Shown: positions 1-19,068 of the stretch, piece by piece | How positions within the stretch are numbered: the stretch's first letter is position 1 | How the letters are laid out: every line of letters starts with the position of its first letter | Source: the human T2T-CHM13v2.0 reference genome, Homo sapiens | NCBI RefSeq assembly: GCF_009914755.1 | Contig: NC_060934.1 | DNA: 64,000 nt | Direction: 5' to 3' (one strand) | Notes under the pieces: model-generated | Told to the model about the DNA's origin: nothing | Database searches by the model: none | The model's input: only the letters and a program-made list of their open reading frames with translations | Translations under genes and position numbers: made by a program

Positions 1-178
1 GCCTCCCAGGTTCACGCCATTCTCCTGCCTCAGCCTCCCGAGTAGCTGAGACTACAGGTGCCCGCCACCACGGCCAGCTAATTTTTTGTATTTTTAGTAG
101 AAATGGGGTTTCACCATGTTAGCCAGGATGGTCTCGATCTCCTGACCCGTGATCCACCTGCCTTGGCCTCCCAAAGTG
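1..178 (-). mobile_element. Alu (AluY-like), cut by window edge
   Basis: Antisense Alu with TTCACGCCATTC and TTAGCCAGGATGGTCTCGATCTCC (Y-type diagnostics). Confidence 0.9.
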
Positions 179-266
179 GAGAAATAATTTTTAATATGCA
201 TATTTGAAAAAGGCCTTGTATTCAGGTTATATAAAAAACTTGAAAATTACAAACAACTAGGCATTG

Positions 267-538
267 TGAGGCCCAGGCGGGAGGATTGCCTGAGGCTAGG
301 AGTTTGAGACCAGTCTGGGCAACATAGCAAGATCCTATCTCTATAAAAAATTATTAAAAATTAGCTCGTATGGTGGTGCCTGCCTGTAGTCCTTTTATGG
401 TGGTGCATACCTGTAGTCCTTGGTACTTGGCGGCTGAGGCAGGAGGGTCTTGAGCCCAGGAGTTCCAGGTTACAGTGAGCTATGATTGTGCCATTGCATT
501 AGCAACAGAGCAAGACCCTCTCTCAACAAAAAAAAAAG
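267..538 (+). mobile_element. AluJ-like, inserted in an old L1 fragment
   Basis: GGGAGGATTGCCTGAGGC..., GCTATGATTGTGCCA, A tail; short tandem duplication at ~370-422. Confidence 0.85.
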
Positions 539-1255
539 TTACCAACAACCCAATAAAAATGAGCAAAGGGCTTTGACAAAGCTCTTCACAAAAAGAACAT
601 AAATGAATGATCAAAAAGCACATTAAAAAGTCATCGGGGAAATAATTAAGAACACAGTGAGTTACCAGCCCACCTTCAGTAGATGGCTAAAATGAAAAAG
701 ACTGGCAATACCAAATAGGAACAATGATGTGGGACAACTCTGGGGGTCTGGGCGGGCTTGGTGGTCCATTCTCAGATGGGCCCCACCCTTTACTTAATGC
801 TCTGCTGTTGCTGACTTGAAATTCTGAATATTTTTATCTTTGAACTTATGTATTCAAAGTGAAGTCTAATGAGTGAATGAAGCATAAGACATGTATCCAA
901 CGGCAGTGTGTGCGTGTGCTGCTCAGTTCCATGGGCATGGCTGGTATGAAACAGTGTGTGTACTAAACTGTAGACTTGGGTGCCTGGTGCACACATGCAT
1001 GCCAAGGGGAGTCAGGGGTGCCACAGGGTCCCAAGGGAGCAGCTAGGACCAGGATCTGGGCCAGATTCGTGGTGGCAGCAGGAACAGCAGTAGAAGTAGT
1101 AGCAACTGTGGAGGAAGCTGACTTGCTGGTGTGTCCCCGGAGCTTATTCCTGTGACAGCTGCATATATTTACTTGCAAATCTGTGTGGAGGCAGAAACTG
1201 CTGGTGCTCAGGCGGTAACCTTTGTCAGTAAATTATTACCAAATAAAAGCATTCA

Positions 1256-2290
<1,035 letters not shown>

Positions 2291-2489
2291 AAGATATCAT
2301 ATTAGTAAATTATATGCTAAAAGATAATGATAAAAGATGTTAATAATTTAAGAAGTATGATAATGAAAGTATTTAAAAATTTATAATGCAAAATTCATAT
2401 AGCAAAAAGTTATAACTATTTTGAACTTTTATGTAACTAACCAAATAGACTAAAAATATGTAATGCAAAAGTGGACAGAATTAAGAAGA

Positions 2490-2730
2490 GAAATTGCAAA
2501 AGAAACAAAAGGCATCCAGATTGGAACAGAAAAAGTAAAAGCATCTCTATTTGCAGATGACATGATCTTATATGTAGAAAATCCTAAGAATTTTGCACAC
2601 ACATACACACACACACACAATTAGAACCAATAAATGAATTCAACAGTGTTGCAGGATTCAAGATCAATATTAAAAAAAATCAATTGTGTTTCTATACTTT
2701 GTCAATCAACAATCAAAAAATGAAGAGAAA
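2490..2730 (+). mobile_element. Old L1 ORF2 reverse-transcriptase fragment
   Basis: Translates [27 protein letters not shown] (L1 RT FADD motif); interrupted by (CA)n. Confidence 0.85.
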
Positions 2731-3479
2731 TAGAAAAATATCTAGTGAATAAATACTAACCAAGAGAAAGTTGAAGTATGTAGATTATTCTCAGGAAAAA
2801 TATATATAAAATGCAATAAAAAGTAATTATTAGAGATAGAGAGATGACTACATAATGACAAATAGTTCAACTTACAGGAAAATTCTAATATCTGCCAGAA
2901 AATACTTGCTGGTGTAAAAGAATGTAGTTAACAAACTTGACTTATTAGGTATTTCTAGTACTCTTCACCAACAATTCGAGAATGCACATAATGTTGGACA
3001 ATAGTTAACTTATAGGTATGGATTTTCCTAATGTTAAACTATTGTTTATGTTAAATTGTTCACATAACAATTATTATACATTAATTATAACATAACAATT
3101 AATAGCATTAATTATAACAACAATTTAACATAGGTAAACAATAGTTTACATAATATTTCATATAAAGATAAATTCCTAATCAGTTAAAGACTTAAATTAA
3201 AAAGCCAAAACTTTGGGGAAATTTATAGAAATCTGGAAATATAAAACCTAACAAAACAAATGCAAATAGAAATGAGAAACTTTGATAGTTCTATAACTCT
3301 AAAGGAAATTAACCCAGTATTTAAACACAGACATACATACATCTTTAGGTTTTCATTTGCCTTGTTTATTTTTGACCACATTTTCTTTAATCTTTTTTTG
3401 TCTGTTTATTCCTGATGTGCTTTTTGTATACATCATACAGGAGTAGGATAAATATTACTAGTGCGTACTAGCATTTCTA

Positions 3480-3822
3480 CTTGTCTTTTCCCTTTTAAAC
3501 ACAAGGAAAATATTATTTCCCAGTCTCTAGTGTCATGTGACTAGCTCTGACTAATGAGTTATAATGAAAAGCTTTGTGTATTACTTTCAGTCCAACACAC
3601 TTCAGAGCCACTGTTCTAATTCTCTGTGTCCTAATCTAATGCTTTATGTTGAGGTGGAGGTGCTATAAGATAGAGGCAGCCTGGAATTCTTAGCCATTGC
3701 ACAGAATAGAAGTCAGCCTAAACATTATATGGAACAAGAATTGAACTTTTGTTAGGTTGCTGAAATGTTGTTTTTTTGTTCTTCCTGTAGCATTACTATT
3801 ACCTAGCCTATCCCGACTAATA
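3480..3822 (+). mobile_element. MaLR LTR (MLT1-type), degenerate
   Basis: TTCCCAG...TCATGTGACTAGCTCTG... ending CCTAGCCTATCCCGACTAATA. Confidence 0.55.
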
Positions 3823-5163
3823 GAAGATGATTCGCTTTTTACTCAATCTAAGAATGATTATCTTTTAATAATTTATTCTGTTTATATTTACTGACATTTC
3901 AGTTATGTTTGGTTTTAAGTCTCTAATTGTGGTTTATATTTTATATCTTCAGTACCTAGAAAAAAGCCTGGACATATCAGGTACCCAATAAATATTGTTG
4001 AAAAATTAATAAATTTTAAATGATATTCTTAAACATGTACTTCATGATTTTTTGACTTTGGACTTTCTAACCTGAAAGTAGAGAAGTTTCTTCTTTTCTG
4101 TCCTTTTCCCCACCAACCACTGAGTTTGGTGAAAAATACCATTGTGTTTTACATTGTTATAATTTATTCAGCTTACATTCTATTCTGTAGCCAAAATTCT
4201 TGCAGCTGCTTACATCTGTAGCTCTATTTTTAATGGATTCAATATTTTCTGTAAGCTCCTTTACCATGACTTCTCTATTTCTGAGGTCTTAATTTTGATT
4301 TATTTATTAGCTGAACTGATTTAATTGCCAAGAAGTTTTAGTTTTTTAAAAATAAGGACTTACATCTCTTTGCATCTTGTATCTTTGAAGATATGTGTGT
4401 AGTCTTCTTTTACTTTCTAAGAGAATTTTGTAGACATTGCTTCACTGTCTCCTGGCCTTCAGTGTTTTTGTATGACATCATTCCCCTATCTCTCCCTTTG
4501 TAGGTGCCTCCCCACTACCCTTTTTCTGGCTGGTTGTCCACAGTAGTCTTTATTTATGTTTGAAAATCAGTACCTTCATTAGCATATGTTGCATTTGTCA
4601 ATTTCTCCTTTTCAATGTGAATATTCAAGTCTTCATTTATTTAATAAACTTTTCTTTTCCAATTTTGTTTTTGAATTCTTTCCTGAGGGTTTTCTGAGGG
4701 CTTGGATAAAGAAATGTTTATTAGATTCTTTTCTTTAGCAACCCCAGTTATAGAAATGCTGAATTACATACATTATCTTCTGTATCTATTATCATCTTTT
4801 TAATTACTTTTATATATTTGCTTTTCTCCAGTTTATATTTAATATTTCCTTAAGGCTGACTTTTAAGTTTCTCTAAGTTCACTAGGAATGTTGACATTTT
4901 TGGCATGGGTTCGTTTTGGCATGGGCTCACTCAGCAAAAGTGAGGTTAGGAATGATAAACATAAGCCCAGGGAATTATTGGCTGCAGGTATTCTCTAGCT
5001 GCAGAGAAGGCTGTTAGATATGTACATGCCTCTGTGAGCTCCCTTCGGGAACTATGTAAGTGTAAACCCATAAGAATAAGGAATTGAGAGAGAAGACAAC
5101 AGAAAATGAGAGCTATCAGCTGTAGCAGCTGACCTAGAAGAGCAGATAAAGATAAGAAATATT

Positions 5164-5400
5164 GCCTATAATCCGAGCGCTTTGGGAGGCAAAGGCAGGA
5201 GGATAGCTTGAGGCCAGGAGTTCCAGACGAAACTGGACAACATAGTGAGACTTGTCTCTACAAAAAAAAAAATTTTTTTTAATTAGCCAAACATGGTGGC
5301 ATGTGTCTGTAGTCCTAGCTACTTGGGAGGCTGAGGACAGAGGATCACTTGAACCCAGGAATTCAAAGCTGCAGTGAGCTATGATTGTGCCAGAAGGCTG
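5164..5400 (+). mobile_element. AluJ, truncated
   Basis: GCCTATAATCC...GGAGGATAGCTTGAGGCCAGGAGTT...GCTATGATTGTGCCA. Confidence 0.85.
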
Positions 5401-5789
5401 CAGTGAACGATGATCCTGCCAGAAACTGGTAAGGCTCAGGAATGAAAGCACCAGGTACCTCTGAAAAACAGTGCCAGGTAGAAAGCTAAATGTAGAATGG
5501 GTTGAAAGTCTGTGTAAAGATTAGACCATCAGGTTACTCATCCACAGCCTCTGTAGTCAGATGACTGCTCCTCCTCTATCCCGGTAGGAAACAATATCTT
5601 CCCTTGAAGCAGTCAAGCTAAGGATGCCTGGGTTCAGGAGCACCAGACCCAGGTGAAGGCAAGGGGATGGGATTGCCAGTTTTCTTTGTTCAATTTTTTC
5701 TTTTAATGGATTGTAAATTATAATTCTACTTTTGTTAGTCTACTTATAACTCTTTCTATTACTTTGTTATTATTATTATTATTTTAATT

Positions 5790-5906
5790 TTTAGTCAGGA
5801 TGTGGAGGTTGACCAGGCTGGTCTCTAACTCCTGGGCTTAAGCCATCCTCCTGCCTTGGCCTCCCAAAGTGTTGGGATTACAGGTGTGAACCATTGCACC
5901 CAGCCT
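5790..5906 (-). mobile_element. Alu left monomer / FLAM
   Basis: CAGGCTGGTCTCTAACTCCTGGGCTTAAG...GTTGGGATTACAGGTGTGA. Confidence 0.8.
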
Positions 5907-6159
5907 GTTTATGACTCTTAGATTTTACAAAGATTCTTAAGGTTATCTTTTTGAAGCAATATCAGGAATATATATATGTGCTCTAGTTGATATAAGAAAT
6001 CTAATACATTCAAAAAACCTCTTTACTCCTCCTCTGCATTTCCCCAGCATCCTTTTCCTTCACAGCTACCGCCCATATTGATCATATCTGGGATTTGTGT
6101 TCCTGGTTTTGCTATTAAAAAAACAACAACAACAACAAAAAACAAAAACAAAAAAGACC

Positions 6160-6762
6160 TAGTAGATTGGTAGTTACCAGAAGCCGGGAAGGGTAGCAGG
6201 AGAGGGGATGAAGAGAAGTTGTTTGATGAGTACAAATATATGGTTTGATAGAAGAAATAAAACCTAGGTCAGGCGTGGTGGCTGTAATCCCAGCACTTTG
6301 GGAGGCCGAGGTGGGTGGATCACTTGAGGTCAGAAGTTCGAGACCAGCCTGGCCAACATGGTGAAACCCTGTCTCTGCTAGAAATACAAAAATTAGCTAC
6401 TAGAACTACAAATCGCTTGAACCTGGGAGGCCAAGGTTGCAATGAGCCGAGATTGCGCCACTGCACTCCAGCCTGCGTGACAGAGTGAGACTCCATCTGA
6501 AAAAAAGAAAAAAGAAAAGAAGAAATAAAACCTAGTGTTAGATAGATCAGTAGGGTTACTATAGTTTACAGTAATCTATTGGATATTTCAACATAGCTAG
6601 AAGAGATGAGTTTGAATAGTTTCAGCATAAAGAAATGACAGATATTTTAGGTGATAAATATCCCAAGTACATTGATTTGATCTTTACAAATTATATGAAT
6701 GTATTAAATTTTCACATGTACCCCAAAACTATGGACTTCTATTATGCATCAATTAAAAAAAA
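6160..6762 (+). mobile_element. L1MA 3' end, interrupted by Alu
   Basis: L1MA 3'UTR motifs (AGTAGATTGGTAGTTACCAGA...CACATGTACCCC...ATCAATTAAAAAA). Confidence 0.8.
6267..6517 (+). mobile_element. AluS with internal deletions
   Basis: 17-bp TSD AGAAGAAATAAAACCTA at 6250-6266 and 6518-6534. Confidence 0.9.
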
Positions 6763-7050
6763 CACGGGAAAAAGAGAAAATTGGGATTATTCCTTAAAAT
6801 TATAAATTATGTTTTTTCCGTGAAAAAAAAAAACCCAAACCTATTTAGTTTTAAGCAATAAAATATATCCTAATCACTTAGCTCACTGTAGCATTTTGTA
6901 GCTCATTTGAATGATTATTTGTCTGTTATCACATTTGGGGGTCAATATTTTTGTCTATCAAAACTTTAGAGATATTACTCTATCATCTTCCTGCATTGTT
7001 TTCTTCCAGCATTGCTGATAGGAAGCCTGATATGAATCTCATTCTAATTC

Positions 7051-8404
7051 CATATATATATATACACACACATATACACACACATATATATACACACACA
7101 TATATATACACACATATATACACATATATACACACATATATGTACATATGGAATATATATACATGTATATGTATATGGAATATATATACATGTATATGTA
7201 TATGGAATATATATACATGTATATGGAATATATATACATGTATATGTAATATATACATGTATATGTATACGTAATATATATACATGTATATGTATATGGA
7301 ATATATATACATGTATATGTATATGGAATATATATACATGTATATGTATACGTAATATATATACATGTATATGTATATGGAATATACATATATATACATG
7401 TATATGTATATGGAATATACATATATATACATGTATATGTATATGGAATATACATATATATATACATGTATATGTATATGGAATATACATATATATATAC
7501 ATGTATATGTATATGGAATATACATATATATACATGTATATGTATATGGAATATACATATATATACATGTATATGTATATGGAATATACATATATATACA
7601 TGTATATGTATATGGAATATACATATATGTATATATACACATATGTGTATATCTGGAATATATATATGGAATATATACATACGGAATATATACATACGGA
7701 ATATATACATACGGAATATATACATACGGAATATATGCATACGGAATATACATACATACGGAATATACATACATACGGAATATACACATACGGAATATAC
7801 ATACATACGGAATATATACATACGGAATATACATACATACGGAATATATACATATGGAATATACATACATACGGAATATATACATATGGAATATACATAC
7901 ATACGGAATATATACATATGGAATATACATACATACGGAATATATACATATGGAATATACATACATACGGAATATATACATATGGAATATACATACATAC
8001 GGAATATATACATATGGAATATACATACATACGGAATATATACATATGGAATATACATACATACGGAATATATACATATGGAATATACATACATACGGAA
8101 TATATACATATGGAATATACATACATACGGAATATATACATATGGAATATACATACATACGGAATATATACATATGGAATATACATACATACGGAATATA
8201 TACATATGGAATATACATACATACGGAATATATACATATGGAATATACATACATACGGAATATACACATGGAATATATACATACGGAATATACATACATA
8301 TGGAATATATACATATGGAATATACATACATATGGAATACACATATGGAATATACATACATATGGAATATATATGGAATATATACATATGGAATATATAT
8401 ATAT
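7051..8404. repeat. Compound AT-rich VNTR (TA/CA microsatellite, ~33-bp module, 32-bp 17+15 module)
   Basis: Units GGAATATACATATATATACATGTATATGTATAT and GGAATATACATACATAC+GGAATATATACATAT read directly. Confidence 0.97.
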
Positions 8405-8422
8405 TTTCCCTCCCTCTTTCTG

Positions 8423-8557
8423 TTTTTTTGTTGTTATTTTTTTATTTTTTGAGACGGGGTTTGGCCATGTTGGCCAGGCTGGTCCTGACCTCAAATGATC
8501 CATCCACCTCAGTTCCCAAAGTGCTGAAATTACAGGAATGAGCCACCGCATCCAGCC
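8423..8557 (-). mobile_element. Monomeric Alu (FLAM-like or internally deleted Alu)
   Basis: 16-bp TSD TCCCTCCCTCTTTCTG at 8407-8422 and 8560-8575. Confidence 0.85.
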
Positions 8558-8588
8558 TCTCCCTCCCTCTTTCTGAAAGTTCCTATTA

Positions 8589-8910
<322 letters not shown>

Positions 8911-9136
8911 TAAAAAAAGAACTATGAGGGGAAAGGAATCCTATTGTTAAGTAGTTAACCAACTGGCTGGAGGTGCAGTGCTTTTAGTCATCAATGGAGA
9001 TTGTACTGCATGTGTTATCTTTAGATTTGAAGGTGATCCCAGTACAAGAACTGAAGATGTTAAACTAATTTTGCTGAGATAATAACTGATCTGAGGCAAG
9101 AAGAGTAAGTCTAGTTTACTGGATCAAGGGATAGGT

Positions 9137-9760
9137 TATTCTATTAGGGTTCTCCAGAGGGAGAGAAACAATAGGATATATGTATATGTAAAAGGGGGTT
9201 TGGGCCAGTTGCGGTGGATCATCCCTGTAATCCCAGCACTTTGGGAGGCTGAGGCAGGTGGATCGCTTGAGGTCAGGAGTTCGAGATCAGCCTGGTCAAC
9301 ATGGTGAAACCCCATCTCTACTAAAAATAGAAAAATTAGCCAGGTGCGGTGGTGCCGGCCTGTAGTCTCAGCTACTTGGGAGGCTGATGTAGAAGAATTG
9401 CTTGAACCCAGGAGGCAGAGGTTGCAGTGAGCCACTGCACTCCAGCCTGGGTGACAGATTGAGACTCTGTCTCAAAAAAATTAAAATTAACAACAAAAAA
9501 AAAAAGTAAATAAAAAGGAGGTTTATTAGGGAGAATTGGCTCATGGAATTACAAGGTGAAGTACCATGATAGGCCGTCTGCAAGCTGGGGAGAGAGAAAA
9601 GCTGGTAGTGGCTCAGTCCACGTCTGAAAGCCTCAAAACCAGGAAAGTCAACAGTGCAGTCTGCAGTCTGGCCGAAGGCCCGAGGAACATCCTCCCACAC
9701 TGCCCTAGGAGCCACTGGGGCAAGTCCCAGAGTCCAAGAGCTGAAGAACCTGGGGTCTGT
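9137..9760 (-). mobile_element. ERVL LTR (MLT2), partial, split by an AluS at ~9203-9505
   Basis: TATTAGGGTTCTCCAGAGGG...GATAGGCCGTCTGCAAGCTG...GCTGAAGAACCTGG, similar to the copy at 46024. Confidence 0.8.
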
Positions 9761-10956
9761 TTGATTTAGTCAAATTGTATTTGGAAAATCTTATACCCAA
9801 GTCATTCTCTATCCTCATCCACAACTTCCACATGCAAGCCATGCATACGTCTACAGGTGTCACAAGGATACATTTTGTTATTTTCTTTCTCATTTCAGAG
9901 GAATATATTGGTTAACAGTATTTCCTTTTTCATTTAATGTATTTTGTATTCACATATGTAAGTTACCATTCTTATGCTGGTAATTTTGGCTAAGAGAGCA
10001 TACTTTCAAGGACTGATATATACATTCTTTTAATGATATTAGGAATCTGTGAATAAAACAAATGCATCTATCTAGTCATGTTTAGAGGACTTGCCTGCAC
10101 CATTTATCCCAGCAATTAATTATGAGTAGTTGAGTAGTCCATGGGATCATTTTTTAAATCTGATTTCCTCTGAATTCTATCTGAAAGAAACTCTCCAAAA
10201 TTTGTAAGATATGAATGGTACCACCTCCCGTCTCCAGCATTTTTGTAAGCTTGTCCCTTTTTGTTCAATTTCTTTGGTGTATTCTGCAGTTCCTATGTCA
10301 CCATTTTAATGAAAATCCTACCTTTTAACATGCACTGAACTCAGTTATTGAAAGGCAGGTCATGTGTACTTTCTAGAATTATGAAAATTGCTTGGTGCTT
10401 TTTCCGTGGTTAGCAATCACTTAATTAGCATTAATAGTTTAATACTAATTGTGTTTTCATGTGGGTAGATGCAGCATTTTAACGAAATCTCCAGATTGTA
10501 AGAGAAATGTGTCTAAAAGTCCAGGGGAAATATCTTTAACAATATTTTAAAGGAGAAAGGAAGAGGATCTTTTGTTTGTTGGCTTTCCAGAATTTTAGTT
10601 GCGTGACCTTATTAAACTAACCACAAGATGGCATCGGTTTTCTATTTTAAAATAAATATGGTACATTAGACTGAGAATCCCTTTCGTCTTTCATCTTTGC
10701 ATGTTCCAAGTCCTAGTTATAGCTGCCTCTTGAGTTTATCATTCATGAGCTATAAACCTAGTAGCAGCTGGATCACATTTAAAGTTGGTAGATAGAGTAA
10801 TCAGTTTGTGAATTCCATTTCTTGGACCATATCCATGTTAAGGAGAGAATGGCTCAGCTGCTCTCCTAAGCATTTCAGATGAAATGTCAGAGTGCAGGAA
10901 TTCACCAGTAATATGCAATGGAGCAAGTCTAAACCCAGGCTCACCGGGTATTTATG

Positions 10957-11288
10957 GTCCTTCCTTCCTTCCTTCCTTTCTTCCTTCCTTCCTTCCTCCC
11001 TTCTTCTTTCCTTCCTCCTCCTGCTCCTCCTCCTCCTCCTCCCCCCTTCCCTTCCCTTCCCCTTCCTTCCTTCCCTTCCCCTTCCTTCCTTCCTTCCTTC
11101 TCTCTCTTTCTTTCTCTCTCTTTCCTTTCTTTCTTTATCTCTTTCTCTCTTTCTTTCTTTCCTCTCCTTCCTTCCTTCCCTCCTTCTCTTTCTTTTCTCT
11201 CTTTCTCTCTCTTTTTCTCTCTCTCTTTCTTTCTCTCTTTCCTCTCCTTCCTTCCTTCCCTCCTTCTCTCTTTCTCTTTCTTTTCTTT

Positions 11289-11348
<60 letters not shown>

Positions 11349-11433
11349 TCCTTCTCTCTCTTTCCTTCCTTCCTTCCTTTCCTCTCTCTCTCTTTCTTTC
11401 TTTTCCTCCTTTCTCTCTCTCTCTCTCTCTTTC
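10957..11433. repeat. Polypyrimidine tract (CCTT/CCT/CTTT/CT repeats), expanded Alu tail
   Basis: About 480 bp of almost pure C/T next to the 3' end of an antisense AluJ. Confidence 0.95.
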
Positions 11434-11728
11434 TTTTTTGAAATAGGGTCTTTCTGTCACACAGGCTGGAGCATAGTGGCATGATCATGGCTCATTACAG
11501 CCTCCAACTCCTGGGTTCAAGTGATCCTCCTTCCTCAGCCTTCAGAGTAGATGGAACTACAGGCGCATGCTACCACACCCGGCTATCTAAAAAAAAAAAA
11601 AAAACTTTTTTAGAGATGTTGTCATGCCATGTAGCTCAGGCTGGTCTCAAACGTCTGGACTCAAACAATCCTGCTGCCTTGGCCTCCCAAGGTGCTGCTA
11701 TTACAGGCCCCAGCCACCGTGCCAGGTC
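11434..11728 (-). mobile_element. AluJ
   Basis: CATGATCATGGCTCATTACAGCCTC...GTGATCCTCC. Confidence 0.88.
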
Positions 11729-12826
11729 TTATGGTATTTCTTTATTACACATCAGCAGATTTTTCTACCCCTTCAAAACACAGCAACTAAATGTCTACAA
11801 TTACTCAACAAATCAGTCACTACAAAGTACTAAATTTTATAGTAAAACATGTATGTTTCAGGATCTGGTTCAATCTACTCTCCTGACTTTAGATGATCTA
11901 TTCTGATTATTTTATTTTAGTAATCCAGATATCCAGATTACTTATGCTTGTGTGGGTTTAGTAAGTCAGTTGAAAAAGACCACCATTTGTTACTTTCTTA
12001 CTGGTTTTTTTGTATCATTCTATAGAAGGAATTTGGCTTTCTTAAAATGTGTAGAAAATAAAATCAGGCCAAATGTTCTATGAGCCCCTCTGCTGTGTTT
12101 GAGTTGTGCAACCCTTTCCTGTTGGTTTCAGAGCTCTAGACTCTGCTGCGGGTGCAGCCGTAACATGGCCTAGAAGCTACATGGCTTCTGGTGAACATGT
12201 CTGTTCGGGTTCTTCCTCTCAATTTCAGCCAACCCTTCTGGCCTCTAATCTGGGAATGATGTCCACTTTTCAGGATGGGCTTCTCTATAGGCCAGAAAAT
12301 ATTTTCTGCATGAGAAGGGTGAGGGTATTTGGTAATTCAAGAACATAGCTTAGAAATGAAAAACTTGTTTATTCTCTTAGTTACCCATATTCAGTTCAGT
12401 TAAAGTTAATCAAGTAAAGCATCACTTGGTGCTAAGTTATCTCTCCTTCCTTTATCTCCTGCCATATGCAGATTCCATTTTCCTCCATTTCTTCCCAAGC
12501 AGCCCTCGTGTTCCGTAATTTTCTGTTCCCTGCTTTCTCTATCTAAGTCCCATTCCCTTAGGTCAGCTAAACCAAACTTGACATAAATAAAGTAAAATTG
12601 CCCACTAGTAACTACGTCTCTTTTAAAATTATACTTTAGTTATGGATTAGCTGTCTCTTACACTACGCTTGATTATGAGCAACTCAGAGACAAGGGCTGT
12701 GTCTTACTCATCCCAGCATTCAGTACTTAGAGAACACTCCACTGTTAGCCAAGATGGGGTGAGGGTAAAGGCATCAGTTGCAAAGATAAGAATGTTTTCT
12801 TATGTCAGTATCCCCTATTCTCACTA

Positions 12827-13035
<209 letters not shown>

Positions 13036-14149
13036 TATGGCACGTATAATGGCTGAAATGGATTCTGTGATAAATAGGTCTTCTAGGATCTGTTCAGATG
13101 CCTCTGTTCTAACGGAAATACAAGTTGTCTTTGCATCTTCTCGTCTGCCCCATCTTCAGCTTTTTCTCCCTTCCTTTCTTGTTGGGAATTTAAATGATAT
13201 AAAATCTCCTATAAAAATTTTTCTTCACTTTTATAATAGTCTGCCACAGAACATTATAAAATCACTCAATTTTCTTTTTATAGGTTAAAAAATCTAAAGA
13301 TTCAGTAAGTTGTATCAGATATTGAGGAGAGGATCTAAAACTGATATGTGAACAATTACGAAAGAAACTGAAGGAGGAACTAAAGTCCACAGCAGCAGGA
13401 AATGACCATGAATATAGTCTATGAATACAGGGGAAGCATATTGTTAAAATGCATATAATGTTATGGGCAGGTGGTAGACTCATTGATGGCCTCCACTGAA
13501 TCATGGATCCCAACATATATGACCTTTTGTGGTTCCCTCCCACATTGGCTCTGGCTTGGCCATGTGACGCTTGGTCTAGTAGGGCATTAGCAAGTATGAC
13601 ACATGCATTTGGGATTTGCTTGCTTGGAAGCAAGAGAATGCAGGCTCCTATTGACTTGGTGGTGAGGTTCACAATGCTGATTGTAAAACTCTTAGAAGCA
13701 TTTACATTGTTTTTGACTTTCATTAAATTCCTTTTTATACAATGAAATGAATCTTTAATTTCCTGTAGTATAGTGATACCAAAAAAAAAAAAAAGATGCC
13801 CCAGGAATCAGCAGAAGACAAACTGGGGACTGCTTAAGGTAACGAAAAATAGAGATTTCTTTAATAGAAGTGTTACAGTTTTGAAGCTCAAACTAGGCAG
13901 AAAAGGACAAATGAGATCTTGAAAGCCACACTCAACATACAAAAAGGAAAATAAGATAAATTAGACTCGACTGCTCTTTGAGATTGAACTATATAAAAGG
14001 TAAATCACGGAGAGTGACTAGAATCTGAAGAAATCTCAGAGAGGAAACCAGAGTGATGTTCCCAGAGGGAGCCCAAATCCAGGAGATACCTGAGTTCATT
14101 CCCATGGGCAATGGGAATTCAGAGGTTTGGGATGTGCTCCAAGGTTTTA

Positions 14150-14390
14150 TGACATCCTGGTTAAAAACATGGACTCGGGCCAAGGTGTTCAAATCTCAGA
14201 TGTACCTCTTCCTATTTCTATGACTTGAGGCAAGTTACGGAATCTCACTCTCTTGCAATTTCTCCAACTATCAAATGGAGAAGAGGATATGTAGCTCATG
14301 AGGTTGTTACCAAGACCAAGTTATTTAAAATGTGAAATTATTTCAAACATGTGAAATTCAATAAGGGCTATGTGTTTGTTAGCTGTTATT
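14150..14390 (+). mobile_element. MIR
   Basis: GTTCAAATCTCAG...TGACTTGAGGCAAGTTAC...AAATGG core. Confidence 0.7.
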
Positions 14391-14399
14391 ATTTGAAAT

Positions 14400-16470
<2,071 letters not shown>

Positions 16471-16482
16471 TTTAATATTTTA

Positions 16483-16774
<292 letters not shown>

Positions 16775-16779
16775 TAATA

Positions 16780-19068
<2,289 letters not shown>

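Noticed and set aside
7370-8260. CRISPR-like 32-33-bp periodicity
   Set aside because: Head-to-tail repeats with no unique spacers, in primate DNA with no cas genes.
6951-8551. ORFs of up to 522 aa
   Set aside because: Translations of a stop-free tandem repeat; low complexity, open in all frames, no domain.
10801-11488. K/E/R-rich and F/L/S-rich ORFs
   Set aside because: Translations of the CT-rich microsatellite.
12110-12300. Possible exon after acceptor CCTTTCCTGTTGGTTTCAG (12130)
   Set aside because: No matching strong donor or coding signal; cannot be supported from sequence alone.
13262-13745. 153-aa and 80-aa ORFs
   Set aside because: Overlap a probable MLT1 fragment; no recognisable domain or supported exon structure.
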